Assembly (NCBI GenBank): GCA_040437565.1 | Contig: JBDOQK010000043.1 | Location: 248,001-312,000, forward strand | Length of the DNA: 64,000 nt | From: Albugo candida | Lineage: Eukaryota | Direction: 5' to 3' | Part shown: positions 1 through 13,476 of the stretch, piece by piece | Numbering within the stretch: the stretch's first letter is position 1 | How the letters are laid out: every line of letters begins with the position of its first letter | Notes under the pieces: generated by a model | What the model was told of the DNA's origin: nothing | Seen by the model: the letters and a program-made list of their open reading frames with translations, nothing else | Databases searched by the model: none | Program-made: the position numbers and the translations under genes

Positions 1-519
1 CGGCAGCCTTCTGTTTCATGGTTTCTCGACAGTACAAGGAGCACAAGGAAGATCAATAATGAGGCTCATACTTTGCTGGTGGGTTCGTTCATATTACGCG
101 AGATCATAACCATGACGACGTGCTCCATTGCTTCGGTCACCACAAGCTCATGTTGAGCAGCTGGGGCAAGAGTGAATGAGTATGAACAATGCTCGAATGC
201 GGTCATGAGGCACGTTCGTATTGGACTGCTTGTTCGGTTGCGTGAAGCTGATGCGAAACTACGCACAGAAACTCAATGATCGACACCTTACACACATTCT
301 CAATGTTATCGATTTTGGTCATCAAAACTCGACTTTGACTGCAAAATCATGTATTGATTCCTACTGAGCAGGAAATTAACTTTTGGCATAAAGCCCGGGT
401 CTCTATTACGCTTTAATCGAATGATGGTTCACTGGATGCGAAAACCTTTGATTATCAAATGAGTGTGCGATACAACAGACACGAGACTGTATTTTCCGTG
501 CTTGAGATCTTTGCAAGAA

Positions 520-2403
520 TTACCGCCTTTCGGGTCCCAGGTACTTGCGTAGGTCATTTGCGGGTATAGGGCGCATGGAATGGAAATTGTCAATATTAAT
601 ACCCCACACCGTCTTCAGCTGACATGGACATCTCGGTGCTATTATCGAGTTCTTCATCCAAATGAGGTTACGACGTGGCAACATGACCAGTATCTCGCGT
701 TTTAGAGCAAGACAGAACAAACAATTCTTATCAGAATACTTTACAAGCAAAAGTGAGAATTGCATATCAGAACTGGGCGCGTCGTCTTCAATAGCTACAG
801 TATAGTGTGACGAGCCCACTTTCACTCGAGGTGGTTGTCGATGAACGGATCGTATTTTCTTTGCCGAGGCTCGTTCCAGTGTATTTAATACCATTTGCCG
901 AAAGTCTGTTCGAGCAGCGACGAGAGCTGATCCTGAAGGCGTTCTCTTTGCCATACTTTTCAGACTTCTACGCCCCGTCTTATCTTGTTTACTGATAAGA
1001 GAAGAAATGCTAGTGCGGTTTCCAGAGCCCGCTGATAACATTCGCGCCGGTGCAACAACTTGCTCGGACGAACCATAGGTCCAACAAATTTCGTTGGGGA
1101 CGAATAAAAACCTATTGCAGGTTTGCACGTTAAAGTTGCTGACGCAAGCTGCTAGCCTCAATTTCTCGATGTCCTTTACAGGAAACAGAGATGTTATATC
1201 CGAAATTACGACGGGAGCTCGATCGTCGAAAAATTCCTGAATGCAAGCGAGACAATTCCCATAACCACCTGGCTCATTGTACGTGACAACACAATCACTA
1301 TAGTAATCCAATTTGATATTTTTCGGCTCCACTAGTGCTATGAAAGTAGAGACTTGGTCGCCAATCGGTGTCGTGTCAAATTGTTTGTGGTACTTTTTGT
1401 AGCATTCGTTGGTTGGCACGTCCAGAATTGTGCATATTCCAGCACAAGCATCAGGAAATTGCGAATTGCTAGTCTCGCCGATCTTGCCAAATAAGAAATA
1501 TGCATTCGACCTAGACTCCGTGCTGACCCTCATCCAATGCACAAATAAGTTTGTTTGTCGTGCTAAACAGTTTAAACAAGGTAACATTGAATTATTAGTA
1601 TCTCCCCTCTCTTCGGAAGTGCTTTCCAGTGGCGTTGCCAGTGCGCAGTGTAATTTCCGAACATTCTGCTCATGTTTATTATCTGATTGCCTTGCTTCTC
1701 CAGTGATGCCAGCCTGATCCTTGACTATAATGCCTGATTCTCCATAATAGGTAGAGACTCCTTCGCTATGCATCACTTCACATAATTCATCACTGTATTT
1801 ATCAGCCAGTACTTCTCTGCAACTTCGGGAATCCATGCAAGCTTTAGCTGTAATGTGTTTCTGATGCGATGTGCGCAGTATATACACGAAATAATCATCT
1901 TGTAAATCTCGGAACAAAAACTCACCCATGCTTTTCGAATCACTCGTCTCTCTGAGACATACTCTGCATCTTTCTTCGACATGAATGTGTTTTTGAGCTA
2001 AACATACGACTTTTTCTTCGAGCTCATTCATCCCAATCTTTTCTATAATTCGTGTAATCGATTCCGCGCTCTCTTTGGGAGATATTTCTGGTGAAGCGCG
2101 TGGTGTCATCCGAATCAGATCGGCACAATGCCCTACGTGATTGCAGTGAGTCTGGATACGTACATGGCTCACATACGAAGCAGTGAGAACAAGTTTCACT
2201 GCGCTTTTTTGTGATTCCATGATACTAAAACCTTGGACACCTGCGGAGTTAAGCAAGCACTCCTGACAATCCCGGTACTTGGCATACTCCGAATCTGACT
2301 GCGGCTTTATTGCCAAACGATAAGTTTTTTTGATCATTTCATCGGAAGTTGCACGATATGATACCAGAGTGATGAGAACGATTATTCGATGAAGACATTG
2401 CAT
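520..2403 (-). CDS. Secreted Cys-rich CCG-type effector (627 aa)
   Basis: Intronless ORF with an N-terminal hydrophobic signal (IIVLITLVSYRATS). CQECLLNSAG matches CxxCxxxxxG shortly after the signal. Further CxxC[L/I] modules follow. Clear paralog of 59978-61909. Confidence 0.85.
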   Translation of the reverse strand: MQCLHRIIVLITLVSYRATSDEMIKKTYRLAIKPQSDSEYAKYRDCQECLLNSAGVQGFSIMESQKSAVKLVLTASYVSHVRIQTHCNHVGHCADLIRMTPRASPEISPKESAESITRIIEKIGMNELEEKVVCLAQKHIHVEERCRVCLRETSDSKSMGEFLFRDLQDDYFVYILRTSHQKHITAKACMDSRSCREVLADKYSDELCEVMHSEGVSTYYGESGIIVKDQAGITGEARQSDNKHEQNVRKLHCALATPLESTSEERGDTNNSMLPCLNCLARQTNLFVHWMRVSTESRSNAYFLFGKIGETSNSQFPDACAGICTILDVPTNECYKKYHKQFDTTPIGDQVSTFIALVEPKNIKLDYYSDCVVTYNEPGGYGNCLACIQEFFDDRAPVVISDITSLFPVKDIEKLRLAACVSNFNVQTCNRFLFVPNEICWTYGSSEQVVAPARMLSAGSGNRTSISSLISKQDKTGRRSLKSMAKRTPSGSALVAARTDFRQMVLNTLERASAKKIRSVHRQPPRVKVGSSHYTVAIEDDAPSSDMQFSLLLVKYSDKNCLFCLALKREILVMLPRRNLIWMKNSIIAPRCPCQLKTVWGINIDNFHSMRPIPANDLRKYLGPERR

Positions 2404-2749
2404 GGAGCAAAATCAAAAATAAGCATTTTGTAAAGAATTATAATCAAATTGCTTCTCATTACTGATCAATAGTTCAAAGCGACAATTGAAAGCCCTTTTT
2501 GTCTCAGTTTATTCTATATATTTTTCGCATAATGTAGGGTTGGCTTGAATCCAACGAATGAGGAACGATGCGCGTTTTCGAATCCATCAAACAGACAAAA
2601 AAGACAGCTCTTTTACCAGCCCTACCAGCAATTTGCGGTTAGAAACTGCAGCTGACAATTTCCATTTTTTTATAGCTATCGCATGCGACTCTACCCTCGA
2701 TCTATAGAACAATTTAAATCCATTCATATTTCTGATCTGATAATACCAT

Positions 2750-4340
2750 TCATTCCATCAGGCAATACATTCTCGCAAAATTTGGTGTCAAATTAACAAT
2801 TTTTTTTTTAATCAAATTCGAGCAAAAAGCTGTAGTAAAATCGGAAGAGCACTTCCTGGATCGAAGATGATTAACTCGTTTACTCATTCGAAGGCTTTGT
2901 ATCTTGTTATTAGATACAGCTTAAGAATTACAACTCTAGAAAACCATGTGCTGGGTTCTCAATCCAATTTATTCAAGCTATCAGATAGAACACATTACAC
3001 AAAGCAACGAGTGGTATCTCTCGCAGCCAATCGTGTGATGACCACGCATCTAAGGAACAAAGTCCTGAGCCGGAGGTTTTCTATTTTTCCGCTTCCGTCA
3101 ACGGACATGTCAACTCTTGTGCAGGGCACTCAAGCTCATAAGTGGAGGAGAAAGACAGCTCGTTCGTTGCTTCATGGTGAAACCGATTCGACAACAGATT
3201 CAGTGGGTAGAACTGTTCCCGCCACTATCCAATTCATCATTCCCAAGGCACATCTGAAATAGCACCAGCAACTACATCCGGCTTCACTTTCAGCAAATTT
3301 CATCCCATGAAGCTGAGCCTCACGCTACAGCAAACTAACTTCGATCAAACAGTCTCTAAACAGGAAAGGATGCCCTCAGAAGATGGTTCGGAAGTTATCA
3401 TGTCTACCATGTCCGTATGGATAACCTTGCGCCGCAAATGTTCGAAATGATGCCAGTTAGCAGTCACATCGCGCCCGAGTAGCGGTTTCCTCAGCATTCC
3501 CCATTGCTTTCACCATTGAATTCTGTTTGTGTTCAACCGACTGAGACCGGATAAGGGGAAGAAAAGTCCATGAATCAAGCAGCACATACCCTTCACGAAA
3601 CACCATTCATAAAACCTTTGCAGGAATTCTAACAAAATCGAAAAGCGGCACGAAAATTTGGAGAAAACACCAGTCGCAAGTCGAAGTGCTAGAAAATGAG
3701 TGCAAACGTCTTCAATCCAATTGTCTGTACATGATCAGCTGGTATCGGTCGATACCTTTACATTATATGCGACATAAACGAGTTTCATCATACGTGGAAG
3801 ATATTTACGCTTTGAAGATACTGACGGCAAGCACACTTCGTCGTCGAGAGGTTAAGAGTCTTTCGAAGGACGGCTTCGTCAGCTTGTTGTCGGATACTTT
3901 TCGCAGACCGAAACTTTCTTGGACAGGATACAGGATCATCTTATCGCGTTTTGTTTGGCAGCTCAACTCGGCAGACGGTTGATGAAAGTTACGGAGGACG
4001 TTTTGCGCCTTACAAATGTAGAAAAGCAACAGAACGGCATTTTCATTTTTTCGAACAAATTTGTCCGTAAGGTATGCCTTTATTGTGATCGCCAAAGCTA
4101 TCACTGCTCTCCAAGTCAAGCTCACGACCTGGTCTATCATGCTTCCGCTGCAGAGCTTCCATAACCGAGTCTGTGCGTCGAAACGATTGCAACAATTCTT
4201 GAGTTCACGTAGAACGAAGACATCATGTCACAGGAAATGTTGTATAATGTGGAATGCTTTTGTACTCATGACTTTTATCGCATATGCGCGTCAGCTCCGT
4301 CAACATGGTTGCAAGCTGATCAACTCCTCAAGCTCTTCAC
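2750..4340 (+). pseudogene. Decayed copy of orphan gene X
   Basis: Fragments (ILTASTLRRREVKSLS; GCKLINSSSS) align by eye to the 58075-58647 ORF (LMARTRYHRAVMDI; GCKLSNFSSS). Many stops. Boundaries approximate. Confidence 0.5.
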
Positions 4341-7300
4341 CGATGACAGGCGACTTGAAAGTGGCTTCAAAGGGTGTCAAATCTCTGAACACAGTTGATT
4401 ATAGTTTTGGAGACGTTCGTGGTACTTCGTCGAATATGAGTGAGATTGAAGTATGTATGAGGCACATTTGCAAGTACTCTCGAGCGGGTGTAATGATCGT
4501 TTGAACTAACTTGACCTTCATGGGAAGCTTCACTTCTAACTCAGGCTCCGGAACCATGCGACCGAGGATGTGCGTTGGATACGAGGACTGCATTCGATAT
4601 GCAGCGTGATGGATGCTGGTTCCTGGGCAATACGAGAATAGCGAGTAACGGGCGAGCTTCAGATTGAAGAAAAAGATCCGCGATTTGAGGTTATTCTGCA
4701 TTTTTTGAGTTGAAATATGTGCAAAAGCGAGAGAGTACGAGCTGGAATGTTCCTTTGTGATGTCTGACTGTAAACGCTTCAAAGATCGACGGGGGAACCG
4801 ACGTGTTTGTGTGTGAACGAATTCTCCATCGCACGATAGCTGGGAATACTCAAGACGTACAAAGAGATCACAATGATAATACACACTTTGCTGGTGATTT
4901 GCTCATATTCCATAAAAATTCTCCCTGCCTCTTTCTCTTTCGTGCAAATGGAAGACTGTTCTTAACTGTCATCGTATCCATTTCCTATGTAACCTGACCG
5001 TATTCAAACTCCAACATGGCGCACTATTTCAAACAGCACGGTCGTTAAATGACATCTTCCAACATATTCCGTGCAGAGTCGAGGGAAATGAACAGCTTGG
5101 CTCGAAAATGAGCTCGAATGCGTTTATCGAGCACGCGTCGTGTTTTATTCCTCCTTTGATTGCGTGAAGCTGATTCAAAACGGAAGAGCTATCAACAGCA
5201 TGAAAGTCTGCTTCTCTTGAGAAAGATACACTTGCAAAAGACCCACTACACGCAACTAAAAATGAATTTGTCGCTGTTCCATACTTTTGTCTCATGCTTC
5301 TTGATCGATTTGCCTTTGACTTGACGCACAATTACCGCCAACTCCATGTCATGTTGTTCCAAAGACGGGATACTTCCCACAAAGCGTTGGAAGCCTCCTC
5401 TGAATACAGTTAAATCTCTTCGCCATCTTCTTGATCCTCATCTTCCTCGTCTTCTATAGATTTTTCTTCTTCATTCCGATACTGAGAAGTAAAGACTTAA
5501 GTGATGAACTCAAGAGTCTTCCAATTCACCTGAGTTAAAAGAGACTTGGAGAGATCCATGGCCACATTTCGTACTCCTAGGACATCATGCTGAGCAAAGT
5601 AACAATCAATACGCCACATAGTCTCGACATTGATCATCGAGGTTGTTGCAATTTCGTCGTTGAAAAGATCTATAGCGAGCGCTTTAGATATTGGAGCACG
5701 ACAACTGCTCTGTTAGATGATGAGCCGTCCAGCCATTGGATGCTCACAGCAACAATATGCAGCTGAAGAGGCTAAATTGAAGGAGTGCTGTTGGTCGAAT
5801 GTTTCGACTTGAGCGAAATTACTCGAGCAAAAAAAATCAGTAGACGGGATTTGTGTGAAGCATTCTTCGAAGCGACTTCTCCACCGGCATATTGCAGCGT
5901 CCAGTTGTTGGAGTTTTTCTGATTCGCAAAAAATTGAGAGAATTTCTATGGACGAGAGTGAGGAGGTTTGGAGTGTGGTCGTTGGGAATTGACTTGCAAC
6001 ATTGAAGCTCAAAAACAACAAGACGCGTCTCATCAACTATTTGGAAAGATTTTGAGATTTGTAAATGTTCCCATCGTGATTCCACTGTTGATCGGTATTG
6101 TGTGCGTTCAAAAGTCCATTGGAAGGGTGAGCGGAGGTGATTTCTTCAGCCGGCTTTGTTTCGTTCATAAAATGAAAACTGATGAGAAATTTATAGAATT
6201 TTACCGCTATCTTTATTCCGTCGTCTTTGTCATGGTTGGACATGCTTTGAGAAAGCGGTTAAAACAATTGATCCTGTGTCCATAATCAGATATGATCTTT
6301 TCTGTATTCCGATTCTTGAGTAAAATCGCGCTCTTCTTCGATCTCGATTCAATTCGTGAGATTCCATGCTTTTCTTTGTTAATCCGAGTGTTTTCTGCTT
6401 TTGAGCGCACTGCAAATTTGGAAGGTTTGTAAACCAGTTCTCACACTAATGTGTGGTATTTCATCCTCGAGCGACAGTTTATTGACCACTGTTTGTCAAT
6501 GTCTCCAGTCAAAGTAAATGATCAACGAGTTTTATCTTCACCCTGAGATTAATATGCGACCAAAACTCCGTTCTATAACGAATTTATTCGCATATAGCAT
6601 GAGGCTCACGCTTTGAAAACCTTTAACAGGAGATCTATATTATAGCAACTGCATTTCCTTGCTGAATAATTGATCCACAAATTTTTTCGGTCAGATTTTT
6701 GTCCCCAATGTGGTGATACAATCAAAAGAACAATTGTTGTGGTTCGGGATCATCCTCTTCCTACGAAGCATGTAGCAAAGAGCCTAAAGGCTTGACAAGA
6801 TTGAGATATCTCTTCGGTAGTGAATGCAGAATGCCCTTATGATAAAAAACCTCACGCAATCAATCCTTTCATTAAGAGATTTTAATGAGCTTAATCTCTA
6901 TCTTGCTGCATTTTCGAATCTAAATTGACGTGATGTATAACTGGCCATAACACTAAACCTCTGGCCAAATTGGTTGTCTCATTGCTCCCATAGTCTCACA
7001 GACGGACCCCTTTGTATGTGCTCGTTCAGCAAAATGATCGTATCCTACGACTCGACTAGTGAATAAAGACTGCAAGAGAATCGCAAGCGCTACATTGAAG
7101 CCTTGGCGAGAAGCATCTCAAGAGGACGCCAACCTTGTATTGAAGCTTTTCTCATGCGTTATAGCCACTGATAGATATTCATGTACGTGATGAGGCTACG
7201 GACCGAAAATTCGCACAGGTGCCTTATAATCCGCAAGTGCCCAGAAAAATTGCAAGCTGACTTTCGCCATTGCTTTTCTCCTTCGTGGTATATTGAGGCT

Positions 7301-7345
7301 GTTCTTGAATATGATGGGTATTAATAAAGGCTGTGCAACCTTTTT
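4300..7345 (-). pseudogene. Pol5/MYBBP1A (DNA polymerase phi family) pseudogene
   Basis: PEPELEVKLPMKVKLVQTIITPAREYLQMC matches the C-terminus of 56240-58123. The stretches near 6320-6370 and 7070-7260 match the middle and N-terminus of the intact gene. Many stops and frameshifts. Confidence 0.8.
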
Positions 7346-7604
7346 TTCCATTCTGTGATCATAAGAAGTATCCCGAAGTCACGAAAGCTTTTGATGGTGG
7401 ATAATGACCAAAGCTTGATAAATGAAATACTGTGTAGTGCACTTGATCTTAGCCATGAGGCCGAGAAGTTATATGAAATACTGTCTATTTTTTTTTCTTT
7501 TTTTGTCAAGGATTTCATTACACTGTTTATCTGGTTCTTTAACTACCTTCCTTATCCTGTCATGAGCCCCTGACCGTGTGAATATCACCAAGGTCCAACT
7601 TCAA

Positions 7605-8460
7605 ATTGAAATACTGTCTATTGCAGTAGCTTACGATGATTCCTTTTATTCGCACAACATTATGTGATATCTATTGCAAAATATCATCGAGCCATTGCTC
7701 CAAGCTATCTTCGACATGAACGCCTGCTGTCGGTATAACGGTTTGGACTGGAGCGTGCTGCTCTAAGCTATCGGAGTTTTCGGTGCGCTCGTCTACTCGA
7801 ATTAAAACGTTAAGAAGAGTCTCCTGCTTGATAACGTAACAGGTATCTTACCACTCGCAATATTTGTTGCTGCATGAATTGACCTGATGCTATCACACTT
7901 TATTTCACACTATTGACTCGGAGTGATATTGAAATCATTCAGATTCAGGTTGAGTCATCTTACACAGTATCTTTCACCAATACGGTATCGTAAACTTGGA
8001 ATGACGAGTTGAACCTTGGTGGCGATCTGATCCAAGTCCTATGATCAGAAGCTTGTATGATTGCTCATGCAATCATGGTTGTATGCATACCATGAATATT
8101 TCATTGATCGTAGACGGCACACTCAAATCGCTTCCTTTCATTTCGAAAGCCTGCAGCGCACCGGTCTGACAATATGCTTCACGGGGAAGGTGAGGCTGTG
8201 TAAGGTTGAAGCTGAAATCAAACTGTCTCATCGATTGCTTTTCCCCTTTGTTCTGTTGTTTCATCACCGTTGATCGAAGTCTCTCGCAAGAAACGGAATC
8301 TAATCAACAGAATCCATCCTTGTGAGCAATATTAGCGCTTTGCTTCCCTTACGATTACTTTTTCTTGTTTTGCGCACGTTCTGGAGCTGTCTCGTAGGTG
8401 CGCCATAATGTACAAGCTATATGTAAAGTACGCAACCCATTGAGCTCCAAGCTCGAATCT
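7605..8460 (+). repeat. Conserved cassette block A (probable decayed membrane-protein gene)
   Basis: Homologous to 30845-31790, 39030-39710 and, inverted, 55440-56160. Always lies just upstream of a Pol5 copy. Confidence 0.6.
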
Positions 8461-8599
8461 GAACGATGTCACCTAATGAACTTATGGAACCAAAGCGCAG
8501 CTACTTTACTTTTATAACAAGTAGTGGCAATTCAGTAACAGCCATACCGGAGCAATTCCACCAAGTAGCAGAATGTATGCGATCCTTAAGGCATGGTTA

Positions 8600-11500
8600 A
8601 GAAATCAAAATACAGTATTTTATTCGGTTCGGTTGCACGCAGCGTGTCATTATAAGGTCTTGGACACATTTCTCCTTCGCCACCAACCAATGTGAGAACT
8701 TCTTAACAAAAACCTCGCACATCTGACTTCATTGTCGTCATACGACATGTTCTGATAGTATGTAGAGTTTTGTAGCCATCTCATGATGACCTGCTGAGCC
8801 AGCATGAGTGAAGAATCATAGCGCCTCTTTTGTAACTTAATAGCTGCATCTAGTATCTATATGCATTTTTTTCTATCAAACCATATCGATCTTTCGATAT
8901 TCTTTGTCAGATCCTAATGTATCTGTTTTGTGGAGCTCTGCTTCCTGTGATTCCCTAGTTTCATCCAAGGAAGGCTTTCGAAATGTTTATTTTACAGCGG
9001 CGAGATGTTTTGCACCGTTGCTAATGAATAGCACGTCGGCGCTTCCGGCTCAATAACTTCATGTTTAGCACCCTCATTAGGATAATGAAGCCGCTCCTAC
9101 GTTAAGCCCACTTGACACATGCTCCCCCGTATATCTCACCATTATTAACTATGGCCCAACGTTGTAGTTTGCTCCCTTCTATGTCAAGAAATAGTATCAT
9201 AAACACTATGCGTATCGAAAATGAACAGCCAAGTACGATGGGCGATGGATATATGAAATCCCTTTCCTCTCAACAGTAGGTATTCCAATAGCTTTCATGC
9301 GTTCCCGATCGCGTATGCGTCTTCCTTAATCCTTGCTCACCTCAACATTGTTCTTTTCTGATGATCCGCTTAGAAATGTTGATGGGAGAGGATTTTGCTC
9401 TGGCCTTTGTATTGGGATATTTGTCAGAGCCAGCCGCGTAAGCATAGCGCCCTGTTGATCTTGCGATGCATCTGTGCACATGTAGATTTACCACGTTTCT
9501 TTTGGATGAGTCATGAGTACATTGCGTCTTTTAATTTGTTTGGACATTTGTCCTGATGCATGTGGCCTTCCAAGAACCTTTATAAGGTTTGGATTATTTG
9601 CAGATTTGGTCACACTTTCAACAACTTCGTGCAAATCGAGTAACAGTGCCGAGTAATTTGGCCTGTTGTTACGAATCGAGTTCACAGCGAATAGTCTATG
9701 CTCAAGTTCAGCCGCACTTTACGGGTTTTTGAGTTAGCAAAGGCCCCGGAACCGACTCACGCAATGAATGATTTTTTATTTTGAGACTTCTTTCAGCACC
9801 ATACTTTGAAATAATCTCTGAATTTTGCTGGATTGGCTTTCTCGTCGTAGTCCGTGCACTGCTTTAGGACTACCTCCAATGTCTCCAAAAGTCTGGGTTT
9901 TTCTCGGCATATCCGAGAGCATCATCTAACCATACTTGTAATCAGTTTTCCCAGGCTCTTTCATAACTTGTAAAGCCACCTGTTGTACGCAAGCCACTGT
10001 ATCATTGATCTCACGATGACACAAACCCTGTGAAATACTCTTGCTGGTCTCATAAAGATGTAGTTTCCAATATAAATGCAAATAATCTAGCGAAAAATAA
10101 CACGTTGATCCTTCCAATCGAGCCAAGACTACCTCCAGACGCGGCATTGGCCACGCCATAGGTACTGTTACGGCATCGATAGAACGGAATCCGCTGTCAT
10201 GCCATACTCACCGAATTATTTTTGCCGCAATTCGAGTCGCACTTTCACATTGCGAATCTGGATTTTTGTTAACCAAGCTGTGTTACGCCACTCCGACGAA
10301 TGATTCTCCGAATAGTCCTTGTGCAAACATGGGTATCGTCCAGACTTTGCCATAATGGGACTTGATCCAACATCTGCTTTCACTTCAAGAGGAGTGACTA
10401 TCACTGGATTGTCTGCTGCAGCTCTCTCAGATGTTCATACGACTTTGGCTCTGCGCGTGGTCAATGATCTCTACTGCCAATACTAGCCATATTCTCGCTA
10501 AACTTGTTCACAGCCTTGAAGAAAAATCACGCAAGCGTTTGAATCCTTATGTCTTTACGTGCAACTATAACAGTGCAATATGCAAGGTACTTAAGGTCAT
10601 GGGCCTCTTTAGCTTCTATACTGTTTTTGAAGAAAGCATATTGATGAAACGCACTGATAAGATGCGGCAATCAGAGCCTGAATCCGATAGCTTTTTTAAT
10701 TCTTAATTCCGTCCATCCTAGACCCGGTGTTTCCACACCCGTATGCTTTATTTACCCGTAATTCAGCTTCTCATTTCTGCATGGGCAATCTCCGCTGCTT
10801 CGCTTGTCCCGGCGCAAAAGACGAACAATTCCGAGGAAAATCCTGATTACTATCACTCTTCACGCACTTAAACCTTTGTTTCCCGCCCGTATCAGAAAAG
10901 AAGTCCTCTCATTCTTGACTTCTGAAAAATTTCTTCGTTGCATTATCTTATTTTGGCTTGCCTCACTGAAAAAATTATTTTGCTGGCTACCTCCTGTTAT
11001 CGCTTTCGGCTACACTCGATGATCAGATTCTGGAATCACTTGCAAAACAGCACCGGATTCCTTCTTCCTCTTCCATGAAAGTCCATCTCCAATTTTCCCA
11101 CAATTACTCATTTGAACGCTGCTGGATCCAATGCGTCAACTATCCATTTGACGTTTGTGTCCCAGAACGACGCTGTGACGAGTTCGCGGATGTCCGGTCA
11201 TCTCAGTACGCGTTGGGCGGACATACCGTCTGGAAGTAAAACTGGTTCCTCGACCGAGAATTCGATCCGACACCAGTAAATGTTGAAGCAAGCATTGGCC
11301 ATCGTATTTCTGCGTCTATTGTTGCAAAATCCACGCAATCGGGATGTTCGGCTTCTCGAAAAGAATAAATTCAATGTTGGTTGGTGATGCCCTCAGGATC
11401 CTTTCTTTCGAATCTTTTGATCTGATCCTTTGCCAAACGTCCATGCAGGCTGAGACCGGCATTACAAAAAATTGTTCATGCACGCTTCATAGGTGAGCAG

Positions 11501-13455
11501 CGTGTGGTACCATTTTTTTTGTATAATTTGATTCTTGAACGTTTCTTTTCTGTAAAATGGGTGTCGTGGAAGGTGAGTCACGCTTATTATCTGACTCTGC
11601 CGAAAACGTCCGCCATTTTGATGTCGTCTTCCACCCTTCGGACATGCTTTTTGGTTACGAACGGTCCTGACGGATCAACTCTTCTCAACGCACGTATTTG
11701 TCGTATTCTTCTGCTTCTAGTGCGATGCGCTTGAGTTTCTCGTACGCGTTTTTTATTTGTNNNNNNNNNNNNNNNNNNNNNNNNNNNNNNNNNNNNNNNN
11801 NNNNNNNNNNNNNNNNNNNNNNNNNNNNNNNNNNNNNNNNNNNNNNNNNNNNNNNNNNNNGTATCGTCCAGACTTTGCCATAATGGGACTTGATCCAACA
11901 TCTGCTTTCACTTCAAGAGGAGTGACTATCACTGGATTGTCTGCTGCAGCTCTCTCAGATGTTCATACGACTTTGGCTCTGCGCGTGGTCAATGATCTCT
12001 ACTGCCAATACTAGCCATATTCTCGCTAAACTTGTTCACAGCCTTGAAGAAAAATCACGCAAGCGTTTGAATCCTTATGTCTTTACGTGCAACTATAACA
12101 GTGCAATATGCAAGGTACTTAAGGTCATGGGCCTCTTTAGCTTCTATACTGTTTTTGAAGAAAGCATATTGATGAAACGCACTGATAAGATGCGGCAATC
12201 AGAGCCTGAATCCGATAGCTTTTTTAATTCTTAATTCCGTCCATCCTAGACCCGGTGTTTCCACACCCGTATGCTTTATTTACCCGTAATTCAGCTTCTC
12301 ATTTCTGCATGGGCAATCTCCGCTGCTTCGCTTGTCCCGGCGCAAAAGACGAACAATTCCGAGGAAAATCCTGATTACTATCACTCTTCACGCACTTAAA
12401 CCTTTGTTTCCCGCCCGTATCAGAAAAGAAGTCCTCTCATTCTTGACTTCTGAAAAATTTCTTCGTTGCATTATCTTATTTTGGCTTGCCTCACTGAAAA
12501 AATTATTTTGCTGGCTACCTCCTGTTATCGCTTTCGGCTACACTCGATGATCAGATTCTGGAATCACTTGCAAAACAGCACCGGATTCCTTCTTCCTCTT
12601 CCATGAAAGTCCATCTCCAATTTTCCCACAATTACTCATTTGAACGCTGCTGGATCCAATGCGTCAACTATCCATTTGACGTTTGTGTCCCAGAACGACG
12701 CTGTGACGAGTTCGCGGATGTCCGGTCATCTCAGTACGCGTTGGGCGGACATACCGTCTGGAAGTAAAACTGGTTCCTCGACCGAGAATTCGATCCGACA
12801 CCAGTAAATGTTGAAGCAAGCATTGGCCATCGTATTTCTGCGTCTATTGTTGCAAAATCCACGCAATCGGGATGTTCGGCTTCTCGAAAAGAATAAATTC
12901 AATGTTGGTTGGTGATGCCCTCAGGATCCTTTCTTTCGAATCTTTTGATCTGATCCTTTGCCAAACGTCCATGCAGGCTGAGACCGGCATTACAAAAAAT
13001 TGTTCATGCACGCTTCATAGGTGAGCAGCGTGTGGTACCATTTTTTTTGTATAATTTGATTCTTGAACGTTTCTTTTCTGTAAAATGGGTGTCGTGGAAG
13101 GTGAGTCACGCTTATTATCTGACTCTGCCGAAAACGTCCGCCATTTTGATGTCGTCTTCCACCCTTCGGACATGCTTTTTGGTTACGAACGGTCCTGACG
13201 GATCAACTCTTCTCAACGCACGTATTTGTCGTATTCTTCTGCTTCTAGTGCGATGCGCTTGAGTTTCTCGTACGCGTTTTTTATTTGTATCCCTGTACTC
13301 CATAAGTAACCAGTTTGTTTTCTATTAAAAACAAGCAGCGAACTCAACTTAGCGGTGGTATCTCTTCACTTATGAACAAGTCCTCCCTGCACAACCGCCC
13401 ACGACTCCGTGGATGTTCGACTCCTATAACTTCAAATATAAAGTGTATCGGTTGA
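8600..13455 (-). mobile_element. Degenerate Ty3/Gypsy LTR-retrotransposon gag-pol remnant (includes an artefactual 1.4 kb duplication)
   Basis: RT-like MPRLEVVLARLEGSTCYFSLDYLHLYWKL at 9926-10159. Integrase Zn-finger-like H-x-H remnant near 8700-8820, downstream of RT (Gypsy order). Many stops. No LTRs identified. Confidence 0.7.
11861..13288 (+). other. Exact duplicate of 10333-11760 across an N gap (assembly artefact)
   Basis: Identical ORFs at a 1528 bp offset. The duplication ends exactly at the gap edges. Confidence 0.85.
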
Positions 13456-13476
13456 GGTTTTTCTTGGTACCTGTGC

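Noticed and set aside
10333-13288. Perfect 1.4 kb direct repeat that could be taken for LTRs or a new duplication
   Set aside because: The copies are identical and end exactly at a 100-N gap. The sequence is internal gag-pol, so this is a scaffolding overlap artefact.
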